Of a stretch of 64,000 nucleotides of DNA, positions 48,883 through 62,922 are shown one piece after another. Numbering within the stretch: the first letter of the stretch is position 1; every line of letters starts with the position of its first letter. The stretch spans positions 14,942,001 to 15,006,000 of the forward strand of contig CM120641.1 of NCBI GenBank assembly GCA_051362555.1, written 5' to 3'. The notes beneath the pieces were generated by a model. It was not told the DNA's origin, did no database searches, and saw only the letters and a list, made by a program, of their open reading frames with translations. The translations under genes were made by a program, and so were the position numbers. The stretch is from Lingula anatina. Lineage: Eukaryota; Animalia; Brachiopoda.

Positions 48883-50884
48883 CCTAGAATTATCCTATAA
48901 TTAAATATCAGCTGGACATGATCTTCGTCAGTCATTTTCTCAGAATGCTGTACTCTGTTATCTTTGTATGACTTGCAGTATGTGGAGGAATAATAAGTCT
49001 TTGAACCAGAAATAATCAATAACCTTATTACTCTTGGCTTAAGTTTGGCATTTTTAAAGGCAAGTTTTGGTAAAGTGCCTTATAGGCTTACATGTACGCA
49101 ATGTATGTACTGTATCTCCACTTGTAATAACGCATCTCCTTAATGAGTAAATTATACTTGTCATATGGAGAGTATTGTGCTGATATCCACTATAAATGCT
49201 CCTGTGTGTGTATGTAAGCATGGTTGATAACCATGGAAATGAATATCAACCTTAGTGCAGTATATAACTTGGTAATTATCATGCATCCTACCTCAGTTAT
49301 GCATACGCGTAGGCCCTATACGAGTACATGTACATGTGCTCACGTTTTCTTTTTGTATCGACAAACCATTATGTGATGTTGGACAAATAAGTACTCATAT
49401 GTGTCTGATACATGTGGAATTTATATGAACTACGGGCGCATCAGTATAGGTAAATTCGTTACGGTAACAGCACACAGGTCTGAGGTACAGTGTAACCCAT
49501 AGTTGAGATATGAATACAATAAGTAAAATGTATACATATGTACGTATGTTTGTTTGTATGTATGCATACTTATGTGATAATAAATATGTTAAAAAAGAAA
49601 ACATATTAATGTTTAACAAGAGGCTATGCGTGCTATGGATAGGTCGTTGAGGAATAAACTGGTTTCATATTTCTCTACATTTCCAATTGCTGTAGTACGA
49701 CGTTTAGTATTGATTACTCTTCTGCATAACGAAGAACCTATCTCCAGGAATTCCACAAAGTCGGGCATATTTATACAATGATGCAAACGTTTTAACGTTT
49801 ATAATCAAAATATATGGTACGTATAATGTAGTGTGACAATCTTCATCTCTTGTACCTGAATTATATATAATCGTCTGCAAAATGTAGTAACGTCCATGTA
49901 CATGTGCATGAGACCATGAGACATACTTTAAATACTATCTACTAGAATTCTAGATTTTTAAACCTTACATTATATGCCGGGAATATATTTTTATATCTCC
50001 TCATTAACCCAAGCGAAAATATAAGTAAAGGACAAACACAAATATGTTGCTCGAAATTTGGCCGGTAGCGGCCGCTTTTATTGAAAGGTCCCTCTAGTAA
50101 AAGAATAATGTTAGTTATTACATAGCATTAGATAATGTTAATTTCATAAAAATTACGTAATGTTATAGCATAAAAAATAAATATCCAAACAAATAGTGCC
50201 CATATTTTCATTTGTGGGGTTGCAACATAAGAATTGTTGAATCAAATCTATTGCAAGAAAGTGGCTGCTACAATATGTCTAGTATGTGATTTACATGTAC
50301 ATCAAAATTTTGCCCAAGTATTGTTGCATTTTGAATATTCACTCTTGTATATTACTTGACTAGTGCTGTAGGGCTTTGCATACTATCGCCAGATGAAACC
50401 ATGAGATCAGTTTACTGAGATGACATCAAACACATTCACTTCTCACCTGAGGTCGATTTCTACCGGTTGGGCGATTTTCCAAGCGTGTTTCCAAAGTAAC
50501 CAGAACACTATTGGACGCGTCAAAATTTATTATGTCAAGGGTTTCATTTATTCAAAGGCATTAGTAGGATTGGTTTGCTTCCAGCTGTAGCGTGGAAAAA
50601 AGAGATGGTCATCGGAAACCCTCGGTACATTTTCAGGTGAGCCTTTCAGCGACACAAAGTGCTTTACACGTATTGACAGTGACTGTGGAGGATTGCGTAT
50701 TATTGATTAACGTGGAAAGATGATTTAATCAGTAAAAAGCTTTCCTTTGAGAGGCTAACAAGTGATCTGGATTGATACATAATTTCCTCTCTGTTCATTC
50801 CCCTCCGTACGCGTGGCATGAGAACAAATTTAGAAATAGATCTCAACAGATAGTTCCAAAACAGAACAGTGTGAGATCTACAAA

Positions 50885-51895
50885 ATGAATATGAACAGCG
50901 GGTCGAGCCAGGGCTCTCTTACTACTGCCGTGGTGAATTCTACATTTGTCCACTCTCATGGAGATGTCTTATACTTCGAAACCGATTGGTATAAAGCCTT
51001 TGTTGTGTCTACTTTGTCGGTTTTAATGTTTCTGATTTGTTTCGGAAACGGCTACGTGATATTCGTCTACTTTTACGTGCGAAAATTACAAACGAAGGGT
51101 AACCTGATGATCATCCACCTCGCAGTGACGGACTTCGTCGCCGGTCTGGCCGTACCATATCATATAACGACATTTGTGGACACGTCATTGTCAGAAAACA
51201 TTTACTCGTGTATACTAAGGTACTCCTTGAATGTGTTTCCAGGAATGGCCTCACTGTTGTCATTGCTGATGATAACAGTGCATCGATACAAGGCTATCGT
51301 TCACCCGTTACAACACCAAGTCAGTAACTCTCGACGGTTTGCATGGATAACTGGAATTATGGTGTGGGTGCCATCGTTTTTATTTGGGTTCGTCTTACCT
51401 TTTATATGGCACAAAAACTGGTCCTTCGAAAGTGACAGGGATTGCGAATTTTCACTTGTGCTTACAGAGGAGTATATTTCATATACGTTGGTTCTGCCCT
51501 TCTTTCTCATAGCTATGAGTATATTTTCTCTTTACATGGGAATATTGGTCATGGTGAAAATTCGAAACAGGCGCCAAGTTGGTCCAGATAACATTGGGCC
51601 GTCGGCAACAGAATTGGCACAACAGCGTGAGATTAAACTGACAAAGACCATTGCCCTCATACTGATTGGATTTTTTCTATGCTGGGCGCCTTTCATTGTC
51701 ATTCTTGCTGTGCATTCATTTTCATATGCGCCTTATTCGACTAATGCCATTGTCATGAGAAATGCCTTCAACTTTTTGGCTGGTGGCAATTGCGGATTGA
51801 ACCCTATATTGTATGCCATCCGTTTGCCAGAATTCCGTGAACCACTGCGAAGAATTGTTTCAAAAGGCCCACAGTCACGTACTTTGACCAACTAA
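50885..51895 (+). CDS. Intronless class A (rhodopsin-like) GPCR, adenosine/amine-receptor-like orphan, 336 aa
   Basis: Seven hydrophobic segments; GN (TM1), LAVTD (TM2), HRY (TM3), W (TM4), CWAPF (TM6), NPILY (TM7), helix 8 EFR. Confidence 0.93.
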   Translation: MNMNSGSSQGSLTTAVVNSTFVHSHGDVLYFETDWYKAFVVSTLSVLMFLICFGNGYVIFVYFYVRKLQTKGNLMIIHLAVTDFVAGLAVPYHITTFVDTSLSENIYSCILRYSLNVFPGMASLLSLLMITVHRYKAIVHPLQHQVSNSRRFAWITGIMVWVPSFLFGFVLPFIWHKNWSFESDRDCEFSLVLTEEYISYTLVLPFFLIAMSIFSLYMGILVMVKIRNRRQVGPDNIGPSATELAQQREIKLTKTIALILIGFFLCWAPFIVILAVHSFSYAPYSTNAIVMRNAFNFLAGGNCGLNPILYAIRLPEFREPLRRIVSKGPQSRTLTN

Positions 51896-52047
51896 CTGTA
51901 AGCAGACTCATTCAACTAACTGATTCAACAGAACTTTCCATCCTTTATACCTGCTTCATTTGCATTTATTCCCAACTATACTACCAGTAGGTCAGTTCAA
52001 AAGAACTGAAATAAGCTGTAACATCGTAGTGTTTTAGTTACTTTACA

Positions 52048-52048
<1 letters not shown>

Positions 52049-52094
<46 letters not shown>
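52049..52094. repeat. (ATT)n microsatellite
   Basis: Seen directly. Confidence 0.95.
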
Positions 52095-52095
<1 letters not shown>

Positions 52096-53385
52096 TGAGT
52101 AATATATTGATAAAAAAGATTATCTCGAAACAAAGGACGTTCACACTTTAATAGAGTACCTTAATTGCATCGTTTGTCTGGTACTGTAAGCCTTTGTGGG
52201 TATACATGTATATCTTCAGACAGTTCAGAGTTAACTCATCGATTGGGTCATGTGTTACATGACAGTGCAGACAGATGGTACATGTATATACATGTATGAT
52301 AGATGAACTCTGTAACTACTTTAAATGTTTCATCCTTAATCCGATTAATGGATATCGTGTGCCATACTTCGAGTTGATGCCAAGGTCTGTTTAGTACTGG
52401 GTTTCAAATAAATCAGCTGAGGCGCGTGGCTTTCAATAACAATACTTGGTACTTATTTTCCCTGTTCTGCCAACTCCGGTCCCTCGCCCTTTTTTCGCTC
52501 GTCTGCTTCATGCAACACGTATGAAACTGAGAACGCACCGTAGACTGGTGCATATTATAGTCAAATGATGTCTAAGACAATAAAAGCACTACACTATTTA
52601 AGGGGAGCGTCGTCGCTTTTTAATTTCAGCAATCCAAGGATAAAATAATAACATAATTTACCTTCATCCATGTTTGAAATGCACAGTGTTGATATCCTTT
52701 GTGTAAATAGGAGTTATTGACCGCCATTTTGAATTGGGATAAACGTAAGTTTATTATTAGTGAAGCGACCAGTGAGTTGACATTTAGATCACAAAAGACA
52801 CATCTGTTGTACAGAAACATTCAAAACACATTGTCCAACATCAGTCACTCACCTACTAGCACATGTGTCCTGCCCTTGTATTTTATTGTAATTTTGTATA
52901 GTAGGCCCCTAATATAATGATTTGCCCTCTTTTACATCCGCCTGCCGTTATAGTGTTGGCTATAAAAAACAATCTGTGTAGCTGCATACTTTAAATACGG
53001 ATATGCACGGTAATTGATGTAAACTATTCATGTATTTATGCATATATCATATAGCCTGGTGTCCAACTAATCTGTCAACTACATGTACATACCCCTGATA
53101 TGTACATGTACAATATATATATATATATATACAGAAACGCTATGGACCCAAATGTCGCGGTGGAATTCCCAAAGTTTACTTTAATATTTGAGTTCAAAAC
53201 ATACTTCCAGCCAGTGCTTCACTGCTCGCCCCGACTTGGCGCCAAATTACACACCGACTCCTACAAAAAAGTGGCACGGGAGCAATGCACAAGGTTTAAA
53301 ATGACGCGCGCGTCGACCAGAAACATAACCATTTAAAAAAAAGGGGGGGGGGGTAACTAACTAGGTTAGACAGAAGCCCAACCAG

Positions 53386-53542
53386 CAGCACATACATTGT
53401 ATTTACACAGCTCACTCTATTCATTGAGGTGGTCTACTAATGGAATTATCATAGGATAATTATTGATGCGCTTGTCATCGAACACTAGGACTCAATATTG
53501 AGTCTCAGCCTGACTTGATATTTCTGTTAATACAGTGTTACT
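53386..53542 (+). repeat. Interspersed repeat; second copy at ~22137-22293
   Basis: agcacatac.ttgta...cacagctcactct.ttcattgaggt.gtctactaatggaattatc...aatacagtgttact is shared. Confidence 0.85.
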
Positions 53543-54064
53543 CGCGCGCTGTTTATAATGCTTATATTTCCCTTTATCCACATTGAACACAGAAGTAGCT
53601 CACAATCCACATAAGCCGGTCTAAGTGGTCGCGTACGGATGTTTATTACCAATGATTCACATTTACATGTGCATTTACGGGTGTTGTATTTAGAAACATA
53701 TAGATCACACCGCGGTAAATGTAGGCAATTATAATCCTGTCCTCATCAAGGTATTATGCTCTCAAGAAAATCGCGGTAACCAGGACAAAATTAACTCATT
53801 TCCATAAATGTCCGAAGAAAATTGATGGAAAGCATTGACTAAAGCAATCAACAAGTTACAATAACCATAACCTTCTCGTTTCACATGTTATTACTCATAT
53901 CGTACTTGATTTAGGAACATGAAAATCCATTTAACTCTACCATAAATGATTTAACATACCGTACAATTAAAATGCTATTTACACCTAGTTTGGAAGGAGT
54001 CCCATCCATAGCTTGTCGTGAGTTAAGCATGCGTACAGGTACGTGTAATATATCCATGTGCGTG

Positions 54065-54096
<32 letters not shown>

Positions 54097-54258
54097 CCAT
54101 GGTTTCCTGTCTGCTTGTCTGTGTGTCTACCCGATATTTTTCTGGTGAAAGTGCTCCAGTCCATGGTCATGGTCACGAACACGTCTTGCGAAGACGTCTG
54201 GGATGGAGGATGTTCATGCAACCTCGCTAAGATGTTTTATAAAATGCTCCGTCTTTAA

Positions 54259-55859
54259 GGTAGATCGGTCGTTACATGTTCCAACGTTCGAATTTTAAAA
54301 AAAATTTTTTTGTTTGAAGAGACACCCAAGTACATTAAAAATTTGCAAAAAAAATTGGGGGTCACCGATCAAATAAGAGAACTAGCCCCAAATATGATAC
54401 ACCCTGCATATCGCACTAGTCCCCATTCAAATCAATGGGAAAATGGGTGTTTTCTCACTAAAGCATTATTTTTTATGACTTTCTGACGTTTGAATTTTTA
54501 AAAAAATTTTTTTGTGTAAAGAGGCCTCCAAGTACATTTAAATTTTACCAAAAAAATTGGGGGTCACCGACCAAATAAGAGAACTACGCCAAGTTGAAGT
54601 GCGCTACACCCTGCGTGACGCACTAGTCCCCATTCAAATCAATGGGGAAATGGGTGTTTTTCACCAAAACGTTATTTTTTATGATTTTTCTAACGTTTGA
54701 ATTAAAAAAAAACTTTTTTTGTGTAAAGAGGCATCCAAGTAGATTTTAATTTTGCCAAAAAAGTTGGGGGTCACCGACCAAATAAGAGAACTACGCCAAG
54801 TTGAAGTGCGTTACACCCTGCGTGACGCACTAGTCGGAAGTCCCCATTCAAATCAATGGGAAAATGGGTGTTTTTCACTAAATCGTTATTTTTTATGATT
54901 TTTTTGTGTGTGTGTGTGTGAAGAGACATCTAAGTACATTTAAAACTTTCATTATGTTTAACAGTTGAAGTGAGTATACTCAGCTATTTTCAGATTTGTC
55001 AAACTGATGAGAAGGTGTAAGCCATTAACTTTACAATAAAATTATTGAAGAGAATAATAAGGGAAATATTCATCCATATGAAAATAGTTTATTGCTGTTG
55101 TTATTTATTAACGAATATAACATGAACGTGACATCGTAAACACTGTGTTGTCAAGTAAAATGAAGCGTCTGATACAAAGTATCAAATGCGGCATTCACGT
55201 GCTTGCTTGCGGTGCGTTCAGTACACTCTGTTTACACTGACAAGTCAAGGTCAGAAGTGCACAATTTTTCTGTATAATATAACGCAGTTTCAATTTTGAT
55301 TAGTGAATTTTCTTCAAGCTGTAGACCCTATGGCCATTTTCTGAACATTTGTATAAGCTACGAAATATTTCTCAGTCTAAATTTCTCTAAGTCCAAATGA
55401 GTGGGGTTACGACGCACTTCCGGTTTTCGTCGAAATCTAAACTACAGCAGCACATTCAGGGCGTTCTACCTCAAAATATACGCAGCCGCTTTGATTGGAA
55501 TTTACAACACTTATTCTTTACATGACATAGCACCTACGTGCATAATTTGTGAGCTTTAGCTGTCATACATTTTCTAGTGCCAATTCAAATTGGAAAAGGA
55601 GCTATTCCAACGATTTCTTGAAGGGCAAGTCTATGAACGTGCTACAGTTGTCGTATGGAATCATAGTCGACAAACGTTGTCGAAAATCTGTATCGATCAT
55701 ACAGAGTTACAGACAAGTTGATAATGTGTGTTTATCTTACAGATAATTGTTTTATTTCCTTAAATTAATAAAACCGACTGAAATGTCGTTAGAGACGATT
55801 GACGATGCGCTGAAATTGCGCAAATCGTCAAATTACCGGTACGTAACGACCGATCTACC
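54259..55859. mobile_element. Kolobok-like non-autonomous element with an internal ~205-bp tandem array
   Basis: TIR GGTAGATCGGTCGTTAC / GTAACGACCGATCTACC; TTAA TSD at 54255-58 and 55860-63; GGGGTCACCGA at ~54357, 54560, 54767. Confidence 0.85.
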
Positions 55860-57531
55860 TTAAGATGCTGGAGAACGTACGTCCTAATGTAAAGACCACG
55901 CATGACCGTTATCAAAACGTTTCACAAATCAGTCTGTCCGCAGATCTTGCATATCAATGCGTAAGCGGTAATCATTACAAAAACACCTACGCGCTTGCAC
56001 AAAATAGTCCACGACGTGTGTTTCGCGCCATGTTTTCAAAAATCCGTAGTTGTTATATAAATCCATGAAGCTCTGTGAATAACTCATCATTCCGCTTGAA
56101 ACTTTCAAAAAATAAAATTTAGAACTTGATGTAAACGCACAATGTAAAATAAACATTTCAATTTCGACGAAAGCCTTGTATCAGTTGTCTAAAAATAGCA
56201 CACGCATTTTTCTCAAGCAGATCGTGTAATTTTGTACCCTAAAATGAAATGATTGTAGAAAAAATGGACAAACTTACTTTCATGATATTATAACGATTTA
56301 TGCAACTATATATGCTGGAGTTGGGCCAAGAAGAATAAAAAATTTGTACAACCGTCCTTTTTTGTGAAATCCTTATTTTAGCGCGAACTATGTAGGTCAG
56401 TCGAAACTGGGACTGTCACGTTGCACTGAGCAAGTGACTTGAGAGCGTTTTTCTCGGTAAATCTTGCATTTCGGTTGAAAAAAATTTAATTTTCAGCTTT
56501 TCAAGTGTATATTTATAGTATACAATGTGTCACTGTCATAGTGAGAGTTGTTATGGAAAATTATACGTGAAAAAACGACATCGGTGCTGGAGATCAACCA
56601 ATGCTATGGTTTTAGATTTTAGAATGGAAAAATCTGCCTTTCAAGTTACATAGCTTTGGGTTTGCCGACTAAAAGGTGAGTCTTTTTTTTCATTCACTAT
56701 GTTTCATATAAGCGCCGAAATGTATAGAAATGATTTTGGAGTAACCTCCCTTCGCATAGTTCAGATGCACTTGTTGACGTTCAGTACTAGTGAATGTTAC
56801 ATTTTGTTGCAAAGTTACAGTTGTACTTTGTTTACATAAAATGTGTACTGGCGTACCTTCATCCGTTGTATTTCCTTATCTAGACCTTTTCCAAAATAGG
56901 GTGTGTGTCTATACACACCTGTTAACTAGCACATTTGGCAATCAGCATTACAGGTGTACTAAAGGTCTTTCTTGGGCAGGTTCCAAAGTTGTTTTACATT
57001 ATAAGTTTAAATATTGTGATTTTTTAACAATTTTTCTCAATTTATCTGAAATTGTTGGTATTAAAATAAAAGTCTTCAAATTAAACAAGTTTTTAAAAAA
57101 TAGTTTGTCAAGGCACAGCCACACTTTATGACCTATGCATTGTGCTTTTTCAATTTTAGTGAAATGTTGACAGCATGCCTATCCCTGCCTAAGCTATAGC
57201 ATGAGAATGGACTAAATGGCATGAAATGATGAAAAGATACCAGTCAGACAAAGCAGAAGGTAATTAAGTGTTTATATATACATATAAAAAAGCCAATACT
57301 TCTGTATTTTTATAACTGGTCTATTACTAGTAGTAGGACCAAGGAATTATTATTAGTATATAGCATGGTAAGAAATTACTTTGATAAACAACTGGTGTGA
57401 GACTGACAATGAAGTGAGTTTTTTTTTTTAATCTATGGATTTTTCATTAAATTTCATTTTTTATCTGCTTTGTATAAATTTCTTGTTTCTACATGTATGA
57501 TTTTATCATTTTATTATATTTATTTTTAACA

Positions 57532-58130
57532 GATTCCCGAATTTCATATCAGCTGACAATAAGGGAAGAGGTGTTCTAGTCAAGACCAGGGAAAATTTAT
57601 TTCCATACGATTGTGTGTGATGGTGCTGTTGATGCAGGTGTGAATGAACAAGAGATGGTGTTTTGTAGAGTCTTGGATACTGTTTACCCTAGAAACCTTT
57701 CTCATAGCAGACAAATTCTGGAACAATACTTTCTTCAAGTAGTAAACAGGATGGGCTTTGACCCACAAGACTTCCACTGAGAGTGGCCTGCATTTAAAGA
57801 GCACATAGATAGGTGGCATGTTTATAGTGAATAAAAGTAAAGATATGTGTATGGATTTGTTTCAAGGCTAGGAGACCAGACAAAGATTAGAATACATACA
57901 ATAATGCTAATTGAAATTGCCTTGTTCACCCTGTCCACTTCACAGGTGGAGAGAGGATACAGTGCTCTCTAAAGAATCAAATCTGACTGGAGGTCAAGTT
58001 TGGGGATTATTATGCTTAAGTTAACCAAATTTTGACAGCAGTTTTATAGGGGCCAAGTTTTGATGATCATTTAGTCAAGGAATCTATCAACCACTGGGTG
58101 GCAGGGTGACACTCTGGGAAAAACGGCCCA
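57532..58130 (+). pseudogene. hAT transposase remnant (ZNF862-like, dimerization domain)
   Basis: From 57901: IMLIEIALFTLSTSQVERGYSAL*RIKSDWRSSLG, with upstream EWPAFKEHI and downstream ESINHW; contains stops. Confidence 0.75.
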
Positions 58131-61100
58131 ATTTTGAACTTGAAAATTGATTTAGTTTTCTGATTGTCATATCCAGCAGGTAAATGACCTGGCCATTGAA
58201 GGTTCTAAGGAAATAAAAAAAATTGAAACATACTCTATACTGAAGTTTTCTTTTTTTTAAATTATTAATGCATTTTACTTTGTTATGTATTTAATTACAA
58301 ATTATATTCATGAATTTTCAGCCGGGGATGATCTTAATTGTATGTCAGTTTTGGCAAAGGTAATATTCATAACTTGCTGGGGCAGGTGCTTCTCCTGCCT
58401 TCAGAATAGACAGATCAAGTTGGCCAACGAGTTTATTGGAACCTTGTTATCTGCTTTAATTTTAAAGGCAAGTTTCCAAAAAACTTTTAACAAGGTCAGT
58501 GCATATTCATGAGGCTGAATGAACATTTCCCAGGAACAGTGCTTTAAGGACATGAATTTTAAATGTTTACTTAGTTTTGTTTATCACACAGATTTCAATA
58601 TTTTGCATTTTTAAAAACAGAAATGTACATTTTAAATAGATTAGGGATATTTTTTAAAATTATAATTGGAAGGGTCTAATTTTAAATAGTTTAATATGTA
58701 AGAGACAAAAATAGTACTAGTAAATAGAAATCTTGAGCAGTAAAATAAGAGAACAAGGCAGAAGTGCAGATCTTAATATAATGATTAAACCGGTGTTGAA
58801 TGATTTTTTATCAAAACCCTTTCAGGCTTTAAAAAGTACAACCTGGTCATAGGCCAGTACTTCTTTGTAAATATTTATTCAATTAAAAAATCTTGTTTTA
58901 TTTATAACTAGATCTAGCAATATCTTTCTATATTGGTCAAAATTCACACTGGATTTCTTGTGGGTTGGATCATAACTATTATACCATTTTTGATGTTTTA
59001 AGAATGAAGTATATAACTCTTGGAATATTCTGGCGGTATATATATTTTATATATTTTTATATATATCATATATATATTTTTTATATAAATAGAATATTTA
59101 AGAAAACTTGTAGTCTTGCTAAGTCGGGACAGTGCTTCAGGTTGGTCACGTGACGCTATAAATTATGATGAAAATTGGGTTCCATTTTTGTCGTCGTTTT
59201 GGAGATGCTATATTTCCCCACACAAAATGGGTAAAAATTGTAGGAGACATACCTTATGATATATCATTTAAAAGTTTATGATTTCGTCTTTCTGGAGAAT
59301 ATTAATGTTTGATAATATTTCGCGTTTCCTGCGATACATAGTCACAGTAACCCACTGCACTTGAAAAAATCGGTTTTGCCAACTTTTACACCGACTTCAC
59401 GGGATTATCAACACTTTGCCAACCAGATGGGAGCCGAACGCAACATATATTTTATATCAACACGAAGCCCACTTGTTTAGCTTTTAGAATTTATATAAAA
59501 CGCTGGTGATATGAACATTATAGCAATTTTGTTATAATTTAAACGCCCCAATGTTATACGCTTCAAAAATGCGAGTGTTTGGCGTCGCGTTCACCTCGCG
59601 CTTAAAAAAATGGACAAAGCTGAATTCACAAAATATATATACCGCCAGAAAGCGAGTTTAACCGGCTTTCATGATTTAGTTTTTAAAAATTTGTACAATT
59701 TAAACTTCTTATAGAAATCTTTACATAGAAAATTTCGGACACCTGAAACGGGACACCATTTGCAATCACCCGCGTGGATAAATCTTCCATTTTACCGTTC
59801 TGAATCTATGTTTTATGACAACTAACCTTAAAATAGCGAATCCCTAGATATTCCCGCTTCTTTTTATATATCTATCGTTTAATCACATCAACTGTTGACA
59901 AAAATACACATGAAAATACGAAGAGCTCAAAAGTCGTCCATTTTCACTCGATTTTGCTGAAAGTAGTGCGAAAATGGCCGTCGCTTCAGACAGTGTGCAC
60001 GCGCAGCTCGAAATCTGCGGACAGACTGAATGTTTGTAAAACTTCATTATGACGAAGGGAGGACGCCTTCTTTTGATTCAAATGTGCCTCAACAATATTT
60101 TAGGAAGACGTCTCAAAGACGCCAAATTGCCATGACGTCATCATGATATAGTGATGGTATAAAGGCCCTGCAAGACCAATGCCAAGACCCAAAATATTTT
60201 AAAAACATCAGCACTTGTAAGACGTACGGAATACAACACCACAGTACTCTTAAAAGTTGCAAGTTAGCAGACATAACTTTTTTGTGGTCTATAAAACAAC
60301 ATATTTATTTCAACCATTTGCAGCCAATAATTATAAAATGCTATATCCGATCTCAAAATAAAATATAAGTTGTAGTTTTTGGGTACGTAACCAAGACGCG
60401 CCGATCCTCCACTCATGTAACACTCAGCGTGGTGGCAGAATTCATATCAGGTGAAGATGTAAATGAGAAGTGTTATACTGGGACTTTATCAGGATGTCCT
60501 CCTATTCAGAGGAAAAAATTGAGGACGCTTATGTTTGATGTATATATTGTAAATTATGAGTCTTTCAAAGACAATTAAAAATAATAATTAGAAAAAAATA
60601 ACCATTGTCGTCTAAAAGATTACAGTTTGTTGAACCCACCCCCTCACAATCAAATTATTAAGGACGCAAAATATGAATTGCGACAGGTGAGGCTGTGGCA
60701 TCAATACAGCATTGCAACTGCTGGATGCGACGTTACAATACGCTTATGTGTAATGATGGCAGGATACTAATTAGGTTAGCTTTGGCGTTTGTTTGTGTGT
60801 TGAAAGTCCGAATACAAACCTAAATTGTTTATTATGACGTCGAGTTGGTTTATAAAAAAAAACGTCAGAGGAACGAAACAGTACATCTTTAAAGGGATGG
60901 ATGTTTAGTATCAAAATAAACAAGTTTTTTAAATCGAAAACCAAATGATGAAGAAAATGTCAGCTTTTAAAAATGTATTTATTATGCTTTTATGTTACAT
61001 TTAAAATTGTTTAGTTCATGGAGAAGTTCGAGATCATGCCTTAAATAGCTAGTTATTGTTATATTTTGGAAGTTACGCTTTAACAAAGCGTTAAAAATAT

Positions 61101-62887
61101 TTAGAAAGTTAGATTGATATAAGGCATCATAAGTATTGAAATACACGTACTATCAAAAGTGGCTTTATATACAGTTCAAAGTTATCGCCCCTATGTCTTG
61201 TAGTGTAAAAAAAAGTGAAAGTTTTCATCCAGTGCCCAACTGCCACAGACATAATGGTCCACCGCTTAGGTCAAATTCACTGGCAATGTATCCCTAGAGG
61301 ATTGCACTGCATAAGGTTAATAATGTCATTTGAGAAGTTGTCGGAGATGTGAGAACTAAGCTTTCGTCCCAGGGTATGCATTGAGTAATTGTTATACAGC
61401 TGTCGTCTCTATCAATTTCAAATTGGCCTTTAAAGGTTGGTTCAAGCGATAACGTGTCGTCACTTAACTGTGAGATTTTTGCAGCTTTATTGACATTGTG
61501 TCGGATAGATTACAATGCAATCATTAAGAACACACTGACTAGCTGTTTTATTGACTTTTACACATATAAATGGGCACACACCTGTCTTCCGAAAAAAAAA
61601 GAAAAAACACTTAACAGTTATTGTTTGTTGTTGATAAGAAGCATACTACATATATTTTGGAAGGTGTTACATTGTCTTTGACATAATTATTTTGTACTGC
61701 TGCCCGCGGTGTTAGACTCTTTTTCAATGTTAATCAAAACATCCGTATAATTATGTTCAGAAATTGCACTTCAGCATTACAAACCACATCTTTTTAGCAA
61801 GAATCTAACTTGGAATTTTTTCATTTTACACGATAGTCATCTGGCGGATAAAAGCACGGTCATTTTCTGCGCACACGAGTGTGCATTCAATGATTCACAG
61901 CATGCAAATGCCTACATTAGCGTGGCACCGGTGTCATCGCACGCCAGGGACACCTTTACTGCGGGGTTTTAAGCTCTGCCTCCGAAGCATTCATCTCGCC
62001 CAGTCAAAAAGACAATATGAACAACTGATGCCACATGTCTGTTTTTCATGAATACATCTATCATCAAGGTTGATACTGATTCATGAACACTGCTGGAGGG
62101 CCAAACTCATCCCTCAGGCATTATTACTTTTTCTTGATTTTTTAAATGCTTTTTAAGGTTATATATTGTGCTATAACATACAGAGTCTGTGACATACAGT
62201 GCATTAGCAACATGCATATCAACATAAGTTTTTACCAAAATGACTACACGCACCATAGCACAGAAGTGAAGTATTAAGTTAAAATGAAAAATGTATGTAA
62301 AGTTCAGCTTCACGGGGGGTCCATTATCAATAATTTAATGAATTAGTGGTTTTACGTCTGTACAGCTGTGTCTGAAGTTGAAAACAAACACATCTACTGC
62401 TCCTACCGATTTCTGGTAACCAGAAAGAAAACTATTTTTGAGACTTCAAGAATTGTAAAAAATGACGCTGAACTATGATTTGCATTACCGAAATAAGACT
62501 AAGGCTTCCAGCTCGTAGAGAGGATTAAAGAAAGCGGGTTCAGGTGTCTTAATTTCAATCTCAGATACATTGAGAGGTCTATCAGCAGTTGATTTTTTGG
62601 ATGTCTGGAATCAAAAGCTTTCCGCCTATAAGAGCCTTTTAGATTTAATCTCAGCTTAATCTAAACCTTGCTGTTTGCAACCTTTTTTAATCATATTCCG
62701 CACGATGTTTATTTAGGTTACGTGTATGTAACATTGCTATTGACTTGTCGCATTAAATTTCAAAGTTTTTTATATATATATAAACTAGATACTCGTAGTA
62801 TTCAGTATGCTATCCACAGTACTTTGTAATGACAATGGGTTATCATCTCTGATAGTCTGTCAAATATTCCACTGTGTTGGATTACAG

Positions 62888-62888
62888 T

Positions 62889-62921
<33 letters not shown>
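62888..62921. repeat. Poly-G tract
   Basis: Seen directly; other G/C runs at ~24783 and ~30948. Confidence 0.9.

Positions 62922-62922
<1 letters not shown>

Noticed and set aside
55866-60238. Candidate termini for a large element around the hAT remnant
   Set aside because: Only a weak inverted match and no TSD.
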